From positions 64,001 through 128,000 of the forward strand of contig CAVOGR010000007.1 of NCBI GenBank assembly GCA_963695555.1: a stretch of 64,000 bases of DNA, in the 5' to 3' direction. The notes under the pieces are model-generated. The model ran no database searches. It was given only the letters and a program-made list of their open reading frames with translations, and was not told where the DNA came from. Position 1 is the first letter of the stretch, and the number at the start of each line of letters is the position of its first letter. Below are positions 39,745-50,810 of the stretch, in pieces. Both the position numbers and the translations under genes were made by a program. Source of the DNA: an uncultured Gemmatimonadales bacterium (GTDB taxonomy: Bacteria; Gemmatimonadota; Gemmatimonadetes; Gemmatimonadales; GWC2-71-9).

Positions 39745-40422
39745 TTAAGGGTTACTGGTCTCGAGCATCTGCTTCATTCGGGCGATCTCGGTACGCTGGT
39801 CCACCTGGATATCCGAGGCGAGCTTGAACACCATGTCGCCTTGGGCGGCACCATCGGTTTGGAACAGGTCGTCAACCATGGTGACGGCGCCCTGGTGGTG
39901 TTGGATCATATAGCTAAGGAACAGCCGGTCGAATTCCTGGCCGCGGGCCTGGTCGAGTTGTTCGAGCTGGGCCTGGGTGAGCATGCCCGGCATGTGCATG
40001 GCATGGTCGGCCCCGTGAATCGTCAGGGTAATACCGGCAATCTCGTATGTCGGAACCGGCTGGTTCCGGTTGCGGAGCCAGCGCTGCATGAGGGCGATCT
40101 CGTCCTGCTGGGCGTTGGTGATGCGGGCGCCGAGCGTTCGGAGTGCCGGGCTGGCGCCATGGGTGGGTATCAGGGCTGCCATGACCAGCGCCTGGGCATG
40201 GTGGCCGATCATACCGGTAAAGAAATGGACGTCGGCCGGGCTGAAGCGCATCCGAGCGCTGTCGGTCCGGGCGCGGTAGATCGCCTCGAGTTCCGCGGTG
40301 CGGGCCGTGGCAGGCTCGGGCGCCGGTGCCGCGGCTGTGCTGCCGCTCGAGGCGCAAGCAGCGGCGAGCAGCGCGGCGACGGGCAACAGAAAGCGAGCTG
40401 GGTGCCGATATCGTGGGCTCAT
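39745..40422 (-). CDS. DUF305 family lipoprotein
   Basis: Lipobox AAA-C, DVHF..GMI.HHAQAL.M, MPGM, FDRLFL..MIQHHQGA..M. Confidence 0.9.
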   Translation of the reverse strand: MSPRYRHPARFLLPVAALLAAACASSGSTAAAPAPEPATARTAELEAIYRARTDSARMRFSPADVHFFTGMIGHHAQALVMAALIPTHGASPALRTLGARITNAQQDEIALMQRWLRNRNQPVPTYEIAGITLTIHGADHAMHMPGMLTQAQLEQLDQARGQEFDRLFLSYMIQHHQGAVTMVDDLFQTDGAAQGDMVFKLASDIQVDQRTEIARMKQMLETSNP

Positions 40423-40650
40423 GGGGCCTGGGCCTAGGTTCCGGTCGTCGGGTAATCGTAAAAGATACTGACGTCTGCCCCGGAATGCGGATGTTCCCCG
40501 ATTCTACGACAGAACGACCCGGCTGGTTACAAGAGAAATAAAAGCGGTCCGTTGCCCGGTGTGATTCGGACCACCAGCTCGACGGCAGTTCTAGCCCGCG
40601 AGGTCTTTCTCGAGACCGACCGAGTTCTTCATTGGCAAATCAGAACGATC

Positions 40651-41736
40651 TCAGAGGGGTCTCTGACGCTGGTCTGATCCGGGACGTTCCTGGCGCAGCA
40701 GCCACACCAGTGCGGTCCCAGTAATGGCCCCGTAGGCGGCCCCGAGCCCAGGCGGGCCAACGATGTCCCCCAGGGGCATTCCCACCACCCAGCCCACGGT
40801 ACTGGCCAGCACCCACCAGCCCGCCCGGGGCACTCGCCGCCTGAGCACCAGCCATTGCAGCACCCCGACCACCGTTCCGAATACGCTCACGCCCGCGAGC
40901 CAGCCCACGTCCGCGTTGACCACACCCACGCCGAAGACCACGATACCGACGACGGCCGCGGCCCCGAGGCTGGCCAGCACCCACCGGCCCGCCCGGGCGA
41001 GGTGCCGCCTGAGCACCAGCCACTGCAGCACCCCGATCAGGATCCCGCCCACGGCCACACCCAGATACCCGGCCAGGATAACGCTGGGGATGGATTGCAG
41101 CGTCTTGGGTTCGGTGCCATCGAACCAACCCCAATACACACCCAGCCCCCACCCAAGTGCAGCGGCCATCAGCCACAGGAACCACACGCGCCACCCCGGC
41201 CGTCGCTGTGGCGCTATCGCCAAACGCGCCGCGATCACCATGAACCCGGCCAGGGTATTGAAGAAGATGTCGCGAACATCGAAGACGCGGCTCGGGAGCA
41301 TAGACTGGATGATTTCATCGAACGTGCCCACCAGGGCGGTCACCGCCACGGTGAGCGCGGCGGGCGCCGGCACCCGGCGGCCATTGCGCACGCGCTCGAG
41401 GAGCGCCTGGTGAATGAGGGCAGCCACGATGCCGTACTCGATCAGGTGGGTGCGCTCTTCCCAACTGCCCATCCTCCACCACACCATCAGGTAGGCCAGC
41501 GTGACGCCGAGCGCGACACCGATCTCGCCCCAGCCCAGGCGCCGCTTCACCCACCGCCGGGCGATGGCCCCCACCACCAGGAGCAGAACGAGCGCGAACG
41601 AGACTCGCAGCAGATTGTGTTGGCGCAGCAGGTCGACCAGGGTCCGCGCCGGCCCCAGCGTGGAGTAGATCGCCACCATGACGGCCACCGCCCAGAACCA
41701 GAGGCGCCGTTCCCGATCGGAAGTGAAGGCAGACAT
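40651..41736 (-). CDS. VanZ-like domain fused to a duplicated membrane module
   Basis: HLIEYG...DEIIQ.MLPSRVFDVRDIFFN (VanZ-like). The C-half has GVLQWLVLRR...AG.WVLAS twice. Confidence 0.75.
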   Translation of the reverse strand: MSAFTSDRERRLWFWAVAVMVAIYSTLGPARTLVDLLRQHNLLRVSFALVLLLVVGAIARRWVKRRLGWGEIGVALGVTLAYLMVWWRMGSWEERTHLIEYGIVAALIHQALLERVRNGRRVPAPAALTVAVTALVGTFDEIIQSMLPSRVFDVRDIFFNTLAGFMVIAARLAIAPQRRPGWRVWFLWLMAAALGWGLGVYWGWFDGTEPKTLQSIPSVILAGYLGVAVGGILIGVLQWLVLRRHLARAGRWVLASLGAAAVVGIVVFGVGVVNADVGWLAGVSVFGTVVGVLQWLVLRRRVPRAGWWVLASTVGWVVGMPLGDIVGPPGLGAAYGAITGTALVWLLRQERPGSDQRQRPL

Positions 41737-42136
41737 GAAAGAGGTCGCGGGTCCCTAGCCGGGAGGTCGCCGGTCAGGTAGCCACATCAAGCGCCAGCCC
41801 ACAACCCGTGGACAATCCGAACGCTTACTCGAAACCGGCATGATCGCTCCTTCCTCCATGCTCCCTCGGTGAAGGCAGGCCAGCCTAGCGGGAGATGTCA
41901 AAATACAGCGTACGCCCTGATGTTAACTCGTTGCTGGCACTTCGAGGCGACCGCGTGGTTGGCTTCGCGCGCCGTGCCCGCTTCGCGCCTGAGGCTCTCT
42001 GCGGAGCGGGCCGGTGGGCCGGCTGGTCGGCACGGGCCGCCAGGCGCCAGCGCCTCGTGACAAGATTGAGACAGCTTTTCGGCTTCTTCTGGTACAGGGC
42101 GGCGAAGGAGCTGCCCGGCACTCACCAGGAGGAATC

Positions 42137-42740
42137 ATGCGCGCAAGACATTTCGTTGCACCGATGCTGGCCGTGGCGTTCGCCGCGGGGTGCGCAGAAT
42201 CGCCCACGGAGGCCGACAGCGTGGCGACAGCCATCCAGACCGCGGAGCAGGCGGCCTTCGTGGCAACCAGTTCCATCGTCACCGCGACACCCCCCTTCGG
42301 TGGCGCGATCATCCCCGGCGCCGTCGGCGAGCTCGAAGCGCTTCCCGAACGGCGTGAACTTCATGCTGAAGACCAACGGGCTCACCGCTGGAGATGCGTA
42401 CACGCTCTGGGTCGCCGTCTTCAACCATCCGTCGGAGTGCAATGTCCCATATGCCTGCAATCCCGGCGACGAGTCCAACCCGGCCGTCGGCGCGGATCTG
42501 TTCAACGGCGCGGGACAGGTCGTGGGAGGAAGCGGAACGGCCACGTTCTCGGGCCGCGTCAACACGGGAGACACCGGGGATATCGGCACCGGCCTGCTCG
42601 AGGTGTTCGGAGCGCAGATCCATCTCGCCGTCCGTCACCACGGCCCGAAGCTCCCGGGCAACGCTCAGCTGAGCACGTTCAACGGTGGTTGCCCGCCCAA
42701 CACATGTGCAACCGTGCAGGTCGCGCAATTCTTGAACTGA
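42137..42740 (+). CDS. Secreted lipoprotein of unknown function (frameshifted near 42320-42335)
   Basis: RBS AGGAGG, lipobox AAG-C. The N-half is in the frame of ORF 42014; the C-half (NGVNFMLKTNGL...YTLWVAVFNHPSEC...IHLAVRHHG...CPPNTC) is in the frame of ORF 41895..42740. Confidence 0.65.
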
Positions 42741-42745
42741 GAGGG

Positions 42746-43751
42746 ATGATGACTCCGACATATCGTGCCTCGCTGTTGCTGCTCGTGCTGATGTTGGCGT
42801 GCGACGTCGGAGCGTCCGATCCCGCCGGGCTTGGAGAGCCGGTGGGGTCGGGCGCGGAAGCGTCCGCGATAGCGAGCGGACGCCCCGCGCTGGTCGAAGA
42901 GGGCCGCCGCCTGTTCTTCGAGGAGACCTTCGGCGGCAACGGCCGCACCTGCGGCAGCTGCCACCCCGCCCCCACACTCGTGCTCACCCCCGCCGACATT
43001 GCGGCCCTTCCGCCCGATGACCCGTTTTTCGCGGGAGTCATGGATTTCGATCCGGCGCAGGCCCAACAGGGCATGCTCCGCTACCCGCTTGGCGGGTCGT
43101 CGCTGTTCACGCCCGACGTGACGGTGTTCCGGGCCATCCCGACCATCCGCAACGTGCTGAAGACCGGCCCCTTCACGGCCGACGGGCGCGCCACGACGCT
43201 GCGGGAGCAGGCGCTCGAGGCCGCGATGCTGCACCTGCTGGACGGCGCGGCCAATCGTCCAGGCGAGCGGCTTCCGACTGCCGAGGAGCTGGATGCGATC
43301 GTCGCATTCGAGGAGGCGATGCGCGAGCCGGAGACCGGGGGACTGGGCCTGAAGCTCAAGACCGCCGAGGCTCGCGAGGGTCAGAAGCTGTTCTTCGGTG
43401 CGGCGCGGTGTACGGCCTGCCACCTACCGCCGATATTCACCGACAACCAGTTCCACAACATCCTGGCACCCGGCGGAGGCTCGGTGCCGGATCCGGGCCG
43501 CTGCCGCATCGGGCCGGGGCTCTCCCGACTGCTGGTCGGGCAGCGCGTTCAACACGCCGCAATTGCGCGGCATCCGGAACACAGCGCCGTTCTTCCACGA
43601 CAACAGCATGCCGACCCTGCGGGCCGTGGTAGAGTTCTACAACAGCTCCGCATTCAGTGAATCGCCGGCGGCCAAGCGGCTCGGGGTCGGCCCTCTGGGG
43701 CTCGGTACGGCCGAGGTCGATGCGCTGATCGCCTTCCTGGAGGAGCTGTAG
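42746..43751 (+). CDS. Di-heme cytochrome c peroxidase / MauG-family lipoprotein (frameshift in G-run 43516-43519)
   Basis: Lipobox MLA-C, GRRLFFE, CGSCH, DGRATTLREQA, GQKLFFG, CTACH, FTDNQFHN, FNTPQLR, TAPFFHD, ALIAFL. Confidence 0.82.
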
Positions 43752-43834
43752 CGGCGCGTTCGCGCTGAGGTGGACGAAGAGTCGGGCGACCCTGAATTGG
43801 GTCCCATCCGGATAGACGGTTATTTTACCCCCTC

Positions 43835-44446
43835 ATGGATGAGGGGAAGTCCCGGCCACTGTCGGGACCGGACCGCGAAGTCGCAGGTTCGCGCGGGCCG
43901 ACGCCGGCTGCAGGCGCGGCGGCCGGACCGCGCGAATCACTGGACGCGTTTGCGCTCAGGCTCTACGAAGAGCTCCGCAGCATCGCCCACCGCCAGTTGC
44001 GCGGCGAACGCGCCGATCACTCCCTTTGCACGACCGCGCTGGTCCACGAAGCCTATCTCAAGCTCGCACGTCTCGACCGGATGGAATGGCAGAACCGCGC
44101 CGATTTCTGCGCCGAGGCCGCCCGAGCGATGCGGAGGATTCTGGTCGACTACGCGGTCCGCCGCCGGGCGGCGAAGCGTGGAGGAGACCGGGTCCAAGTC
44201 GAACTGCACGACTCCCTTGCGCTGACCGATTCCCAGGCTGAAGAACTCCTGGCCCTTCAAGATGCCCTGACCACCTTCGAGAAAGAGTGGCCGCGCCAGG
44301 CGCGGGTCGTCGAGTGCCGCTTCTTCGCGGGCATGACGATTCCGGAAATGGCGGAAGCGCTGGGGATCGCGGAAGCCACGGTGTCGCGCGACTGGCAGCT
44401 GGCGCGGGCGTGGCTCAACCGGGCGTTGGCGACGGATACTCAGTGA
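43835..44446 (+). CDS. ECF sigma factor, TIGR02999/ECF43-like
   Basis: LYEELRSIA, HSLCTTALVHEAYLKL, AARAMRRILVDYA, KRGG, VVECRFFAG, TVSRDWQLARAWL. Confidence 0.92.
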   Translation: MDEGKSRPLSGPDREVAGSRGPTPAAGAAAGPRESLDAFALRLYEELRSIAHRQLRGERADHSLCTTALVHEAYLKLARLDRMEWQNRADFCAEAARAMRRILVDYAVRRRAAKRGGDRVQVELHDSLALTDSQAEELLALQDALTTFEKEWPRQARVVECRFFAGMTIPEMAEALGIAEATVSRDWQLARAWLNRALATDTQ

Positions 44447-44481
44447 CTGGGGTTTGACCCGACCTCTCGCTCAACCATTGG

Positions 44482-47400
44482 CTACCCGCCCATCCGGGCC
44501 AAGCCCGCGCGGCCTTCGTCCACCCAGGGCTGGAGTTCCGGGTCAGCGTCATTCCACCATTCCACGAAGATGCGGTAGTGCTCCCGGGCCTTCTCGCGCT
44601 CGCCGAGCGCTTCGTAGACGCGGCCGAGCTGGTACTGGGCGGGAACGTAGTACCGCGACTCAGGATACAGGCTGAGGAAGTACCGCTCCGCGTCGTCGAC
44701 GCGTCCGGCCTCCAGCAGAAGGCGGCCGACATCGTAGCGAAGGAATGAGCCCTCATACCCGAGACCACCGATGATGAAGACCCGTTGCGCCGCCTCGAAA
44801 TCCCGAAGTCGATCCAGATCTCCCCGTCTGAGCGCAGCATAAGTGCGCAGTACTTCGAGGAAGGCAGCGATGGAATCGGCCCGGGCTGTGGTATTGTCGA
44901 CGGCGGCCTGAGTCTCGAGCTTCCTGCAGCGCCGCGGAGAGGTCGCTCCCGCGCGACTGGTCGATGGCATACAGGCTGAGCCAGAGCTCTTTCCGGAGAG
45001 CTCTGGGTTTCCCGACAAGCGACTTCGCGAGCCGGTCGGCGGCTGATGCGGCCGAGCTATCAGAGTAGGGAGACATTCGAAGTGTGAGCGAGTTGATATC
45101 CGTATTGCCCCGGAGCGCCCGGTGATCGTCCGCGCGGCCCACGATCGCGCGGGCCGCGCGCACCTCTCCGCGGAAGAGGTGCCCTTGGGTCATCAGTCCT
45201 AGAGCCACATTGGCTGCCAACGGGGGAGATTCCGGGCGCAGCAGGGCCAGCCCGGCTCGTTCCGACGCCTCGAAGACTTCATCGGTTGCTGCGACGGCGA
45301 CGACAGACGTCCCACACGGCCCAGTCACCTCGAACGCATCGTTCGGGAGCGTATCCAGCGCAGCCAGGGCGCGCTGCCGATCGATGTCCCCACCCCAACG
45401 CAGATCGTAAACGAGTCTGAAACAGAACTGGGACTGGTCCATACCGGATGCATCGAGCAGTGAGCGGACGCGGCTGGAGTCCAGGCGGGCGAACGCATCG
45501 TCCAGCAGGTGCATGTATGGTTCAGTGGAGTGGGGAGCGAGCGCGATCACCCGCTCGAAGGCATTTCGGTATTCCGCGGGCGACCGGAAATCCCTGCCTC
45601 CCGTGTGAAAACGGAGTTCCCCCATCTCGTTCCAGCCGTCGGCGTCGTCGGGATATTTCGTCGTCAGTCGCCGGAGCGCGGACTCCGACGCGCCAGAGGC
45701 AACATTTGCCGGAGACAGCTGCACTGACAGCAGCAACGAATCTCGCTCGGGGAGTCCTGCGCCGAGAGCGGCGGCACGATTGAGATACTCTTGTGCTGCC
45801 CTGCGACCGTCACCAGCCGACAGCATCGCCGATCCGAGGCGATAAAGCGCTCGGGCGAAGGTGCTGTCGAGCTCCACCGCCTCGCGATACTGGGCGGCGG
45901 CCGGGACCACCGGCCCTGGCGATACTCCCGCTCGCCCGCCAGGTACGCCTTCAGCGCGGGGAGCGACGCTGTGGTGGCACGAGCGAGATTCGGGACAGGG
46001 TAGCCTGCATCGGTCGGGACCAGCCCGAGTCGCAGCAGCTCGACCGCGAGCCGGTCGATCAGCGCGGTCAGGCTGTCGGTCCGTCCCTCCACCTGCGTGG
46101 ACCCGAGAAGGGTGGTCGACCGGCACGCCGTACACGCTGGCTCCCAGCCGGACGATTCCCTGGTGCCGACCTGCACGGCACTTCCAATCACGGCGTAGTG
46201 GCTCCCGCCGACTCTGCCACGGCGACCGCCGTGGTCGGGTCGTCTCCTCCCTGCGCCCACCGTCCGGTTCCAAATGGTCATGATCGACTGCGGGTCGATC
46301 TTCCGCAGGCGGTACGTCGTCGAAGTTGAACGAGAGCAGGTCCACCATGCCTTCGCGGAGCTCGGCGACCTCGTCTCCGACCGTCCGGAAGGGCAGGACG
46401 GCCACACCGGGGGCGGCATCGCCGGTCGCGTCCCGGGGTCGCGCGGGGCCTTCCGCCCGCGGGCCCCGTTCCGCGGCGCAGGTCCCCGACGGCGAACCAG
46501 GCCGCGGCCACGATCAACGCGCCGCCCAGGGCGCCCGCCAGCCCGATCGGCCACCGCCGGCTGGCCGGTTGGGCCGACATGGCGTCGAGAATCGCGGGGC
46601 GGACGCTGCGCGTGCGCCGCAGGCCGCCCGGCGTCGTCTCGAAGGCCCAGGCCAGGCACGCCAGCGCCAGCGGGAAGCCCAGCAGCACCAGCCACACGAG
46701 GAGCGTGACGGTCCATGCTGGAAGCCGGGATGTGCGGAAACAGGGCGCCGGCCACCTCGATGACGGCGAAGCCCATCACCCCATACATCGCGGCCACCCG
46801 GAACACGTGGCGGCGCTTCAGCTCCGCCAGGAACCGCTGCACAGACGGCGCGGGACGCGCGTCCAGGCCCTTCCCCGCGTCGGCCAAGACCCCCAGGTCC
46901 TGGGCGAGCGAGCGAGCGTCGGGATAGCGCTCCTCCGCCGACGCCGCGAGCAGCCGGCTCACGATCTCCGCCACGGCCCGCGGTACGGACGCCAGCGCGG
47001 CGATGACTTCGTCGGGTTCGGTCGCCGGCCGGCGGCCCGTCAGCATCTCATGCAGCACGGCGCCGAGCGACCACAGGTCCGAGCGGGCATCCACTTCGCC
47101 GCCCTGTGCGCTGTTCCGGTGACATGTAACTCATCGTCCCCGGAGTCTGGCCGGTTTGTGTCAGGCTCACATCGGCCAGCTTGGCCACACCGAAGTCGAG
47201 GAGCTTCACCCGCCCGCGGTCGGTGAGCAGCAGGTTGGACGGCTTGATGTCCCGGTGGATGACCCCGCGCTCGTGGGCGGCCGCCAGGCCGCGGGCCGTC
47301 TGCAGCGCAATCTGGATCGCCTCGGACACCGGCACTGGGCCGTATGTCAGACGCCGCTTCAGGGTCTCGCCCTCGTAGTAGGGCATAACGAGGTAGAGCT

Positions 47401-47881
47401 GGCCGTCGGTCGTCTCGCCCATGTCGTAGAGCGCGCAGACGTTTGTGTGGTCGATCGACGACACAACCCGCGCCTCCACCAGGAACCGGTCCCGGGCTGA
47501 TGGATCGCGGCTCAGCCACGCGGGGAGGAACTTCAGCGCCACGTCGCGGCCCAGCTTCGTATCCCGGGCGCGGTACACATCGCCCATCCCGCCGCTGCCG
47601 ATCGGCTCGCCGATCTCGTACTGCGCGATCGTTGTGCCGGAGTGGGCGTCGGCGGAGAGGGGAGACGATCCGTGGAGCCCGATAGGCTCGGGCGCGATGT
47701 CGGCGGTTAGACGATCGAGCACACCGTCGCTGTCGTGCGCGGCCAGCAGCGACTCGATCTCCGCGGCGAGCGCCGGATCTTCACTCGAGATCTCCGCCAG
47801 CGCGGTGGCACGCGCCGCGGAGTCTAGCGGTGCCAGGCGATGGAACAGCTCCTCGGCTCGCGCCAGGTCCTCAGGTCTCAA
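44482..47881 (-). CDS. Ser/Thr kinase with TM helices, TolB-N-like and TPR domains (multiple frameshifts)
   Basis: TTG start after GGAGG. Kinase motifs IGSGGMGDVY, HRDIKPSN, DFG, GTMSYMSPEQ, then ELKRRHVFRVA TM block, VAVLPF, TTASLPALKAYL and a TPR C-terminus. Pieces lie in at least five ORFs. Confidence 0.8.
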
Positions 47882-47989
47882 GCGACGCCTCCGCCCTGTC
47901 TTTTCGCTGAACCGTCTAATGATAGGCGTCCGTCTTTCCGACTGAAAGAGCAGACTCTTCGCCTGCCCGACGATGTTTCCCACGACATC

Positions 47990-48019
47990 CACAACAAAGG
48001 CCCACCTTCGAGTGGGCCT
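47990..48019 (-). terminator. Terminator downstream of the displaced tRNA-Lys 3' fragment
   Basis: AGGCCCAC-6 nt-GTGGGCCT stem followed by TTGTTG on the minus strand. Confidence 0.7.
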
Positions 48020-48040
48020 AAGTCCGTGTCATGTATGTAG

Positions 48041-48123
48041 TGCCCCGCCTAGGACTCGACGCTGAGCGCAAGCGAGGCCGCGAGGAAGCGGCCGACCGAG
48101 CGCGAACCGAGCAGCGGTCCGCG
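48041..48123 (-). repeat. tRNA-Lys 3' fragment (att-like) with palindromic T-loop insert, copy 1
   Basis: 48041-48059 TGCCCCGCCTAGGACTCGA is identical to 52339-52357. It is followed by an insert homologous to 52206-52268. Confidence 0.85.
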
Positions 48124-48333
48124 TTTGGCTCGCGCGCTGGTGCTCTGGGTAATGATCGTGCTGGGCGTCATCGGTGCTGGCATTAGTGGCTGCGTCCACC
48201 GGGTTCGACGATCCCGCGCGTGCCCGGCAGGCGCTCGAGGCGGTCGCGCGACAGGCACTGTTCGACGTATTAGGAGCGACGCATAGGAGCTGGCGCATCC
48301 AGGGCGCCGGTTCATGAGAGGAATGGTGAAGCC

Positions 48334-48839
48334 ATGGACAGACAGTCGCTGGATCAGGTGTGGGACCAGTTCCGCCAGAAATACGGCGTCTACCTGCGCC
48401 TGCTCGAGTCGTTTCCTGAAGACCGCTACCACGGCCATCCTGTGCCGGGGATGCGCACACCCGCTCAGCTGGTGGCCCACGTCTCCGGCACCGTGGTCCG
48501 CGACATCGCCCAAGGAGTTGCGAAGGGCGCGATCACGGCGGACGAGTCGTCGGAGGACACGGTTGCGGCGGGCTTCACGACGAAGCAGGAGTTGCTCGGC
48601 TTCGCCCGGGCATGCTGGGACCAGGCGAATGCCGCCGTGGCGGGAATTCGGCGACGCGCAGCTCGAAGGCGGTGGTGGCGACGCCGTGGAACATGAGCTT
48701 CCCGGGATGGGTCGGCTTCAACATCATGAGCGACGAGTTCCTGCACCGCGGGCAGCTCTATGCCTTCCTGCGGGTGTGCGGTGTCGAGCCGCCATTCATC
48801 TGGGGCTTCGACCAGAACGCCCCCGGCTTTCGGCCCTAG
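48334..48839 (+). CDS. DinB family protein (frameshifted near 48648-48665)
   Basis: LLESFPED, PGMRTPAQLVAH, EFLH.RGQLYAFLR.CGVEPP. Two single-base insertions. Confidence 0.78.
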
Positions 48840-49060
48840 AGGTCGGCGCACGAAGGCGGCGCGGTGAGCGCCCCCCAGGAGAGCTGGCCTATCAATCTGC
48901 GTGGTACCCCGCTGCGGACTGGCACTGCCGAACCGATACCCTCGCAACGTCGTCCTGAACCACGGTCGAGGTGCGAGTGACATGACCGTGGTGACGGCGG
49001 TCGAATACTCCTCCTACGGAGTGAACTCGACCACAGCGGTCCGCGGAACGCCGTCAGCCG

Positions 49061-50012
49061 CTAGGCGCCCTCCGAGGTTGCGGGTACGTTGATGCCGAAC
49101 GTCCATTTCCACCCGTCGGCGGTGTTGACATAGACCGACGTGCCCCAAATGGGTCCCACCGTCTGGCCGTAGCAGCTGCCGTCGGCGGCACCCTTGAAGG
49201 TCAGGATACCGACGGTCGGCGAGAGCATCGTGCCCGCGGCGTCGGTGACGCTGACGCTCTTGACATCGCATCCGGTCCCCGTCCAGTCCTTCAATGCATC
49301 GGCCTTGGTGGCGAAGTAGGTGCCGAAGATGTTGATGAACGAAATCTCCCTCGCCGTCAGCTCCTCCATTCGGCTGGCGTCGTGTGCTCTCCAGGCCTCC
49401 CAGAGGGCCCTTCTCGACTTCGAGCATGGCATCGGTGCCAGCATCGCGAGCGGCCGGTTCAGACTCGACCGCTGGAGACGCCACCTTCCTGCCGCCCGGT
49501 TTCGCGGCGGCCGCTTGTGGATCGACAACAGGAGCGTTGGCGTGGAACGCGGCTCTCCACGTGTCGCCGTCGCGCACGTAGACGGTCGCCGCCCAACTGC
49601 TCGTCGGGACTTTCTGACCGCTGCACGTGCCGTCAACGGTTGCCTCATACGTGATCAGCGCCGCCTCGTCGCCGAGCGACCTCATCTGCTCGTTGGAGAT
49701 GGCGTAGCTCATGATCTCGCAGTCAGCACCGGCGTATTCCCGTGCCGCCGATTTCTTATCGAGCCTGCCGGCTGAGCCATAGCCAACGAACGCGTCAGAC
49801 AGGAAGGTATCCCAGAACCTCGCGTCCTTCGCCTTCCACGCCTCATAGGCACTCGTTTCGAGCGTCACGAGTGCATCGACGGTAGGTGCGGCTGGAACGG
49901 TCTGTTCCGTCGTGCTGGCGTCGTTCGCTCGGCTCGCCGGCGCGGGTCGGTCGCAGGCCGTGACGACGAGAGCGGCCGCCGCGGTTAGGACGAGGCACTT
50001 GATCGTGGCCAT
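49061..50012 (-). CDS. Lipoprotein with two DUF4440/NTF2-like domains (frameshift near 49408)
   Basis: Lipobox VTA-C. Two similar halves, YEAWKAKDA...ATVYVRDGDTWRAAFH and WEAWRAHDA...TSVYVNTADGWKWTF. Confidence 0.78.
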
Positions 50013-50145
50013 AGATTGTCTCCCCATGGGTTCCTGACATTGAATGCGCAGCCAAACGCGGCACGGGCCTTCCCGCGGCCGCCACCATGTCGGTCGGGGA
50101 TCAGTCCGGATTGCCGCCCGTAGCCTCGCCTGCGCGGACAATATA

Positions 50146-50253
50146 GACGAGTTCCTGCATCATCGCAGGCGGCTCTGTGCCTTCCTGCGGGTGCGCGGCG
50201 TCGAGCCGCCGTTCATCTCGGGCTTCGGCCAGAACGCGGCCGGGGTTTCGGCC
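50146..50253 (+). pseudogene. Degenerate duplicate of the 3' end of the DinB gene
   Basis: Aligns with 48732-48835 (GACGAGTTCCTGCA...TGCCTTCCTGCGGGTG...GTCGAGCCGCC.TTCATCT.GGGCTTCG.CCAGAACGC). Confidence 0.8.
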
Positions 50254-50288
50254 GCAGGGCAGTGCCGGGTCCACCGGGGCAACCGCTG

Positions 50289-50773
50289 CTATGGCAGACA
50301 GGCCCGAGGCAGACCCACCGGACTCGGTCCTACCCACAGATCGGCTTGGATGTCAGGAACGTCGCACACGAGCCGGAGCGCCCCGTCGGGGGTGACGTCC
50401 CTCAGCATATGCGTAGGGGAGGGCACTGCGCTCACTGTCAGGAAGACGTGAACTGAGGACCCTGCAAGACGCCCGAAACAGAAGCTCGTACGCGCCATCA
50501 ACCTGACTGTACGTGGATTTGAGTTCCTTCACGGTGGTGACAACTAGTCCCCTGGGATTCGGTCATACTGCATGGTCTCTTTCGCAAACCGTAACCCGGA
50601 TTCCGGGGACGGGGGTGGAGTCAAGAGACGAACAGACGGATCCCCGAATGGTGGTGACCATGGGCGGTGGATCTGGCGGAGGTCCAGCTGGACCTGTCGT
50701 CAACGCAACCAGCCGAGAGGACGGCTGCGACAGTGCCTGCTGCGATCACCGTGATGAATGGTCGGACTCGCAT
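50289..50773 (-). pseudogene. Disrupted lipoprotein gene
   Basis: GGGAGG RBS and MRVRPFITVIAAGTVAAVLSAG-C lipobox, then a frame change into GPAGPPPDPPPMVTTIRGSV. In-frame TGA at 50563-50565 and a further shift follow. Confidence 0.45.
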
Positions 50774-50810
50774 AACGCCTCCCGTGCGAGAGAGTCACGT
50801 CCGCGCGTTC

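Noticed and set aside
42014..43660. 548-aa ORF appearing to fuse a lipoprotein to the di-heme enzyme
   Set aside because: Artefact of a frameshift. There is a separate RBS, ATG and lipobox at 42746, and the true lipoprotein C-terminus is in another frame.
50563..50565. In-frame TGA in the disrupted lipoprotein as possible selenocysteine or readthrough
   Set aside because: No evident SECIS hairpin or redox motif, and the same gene has other frame breaks.
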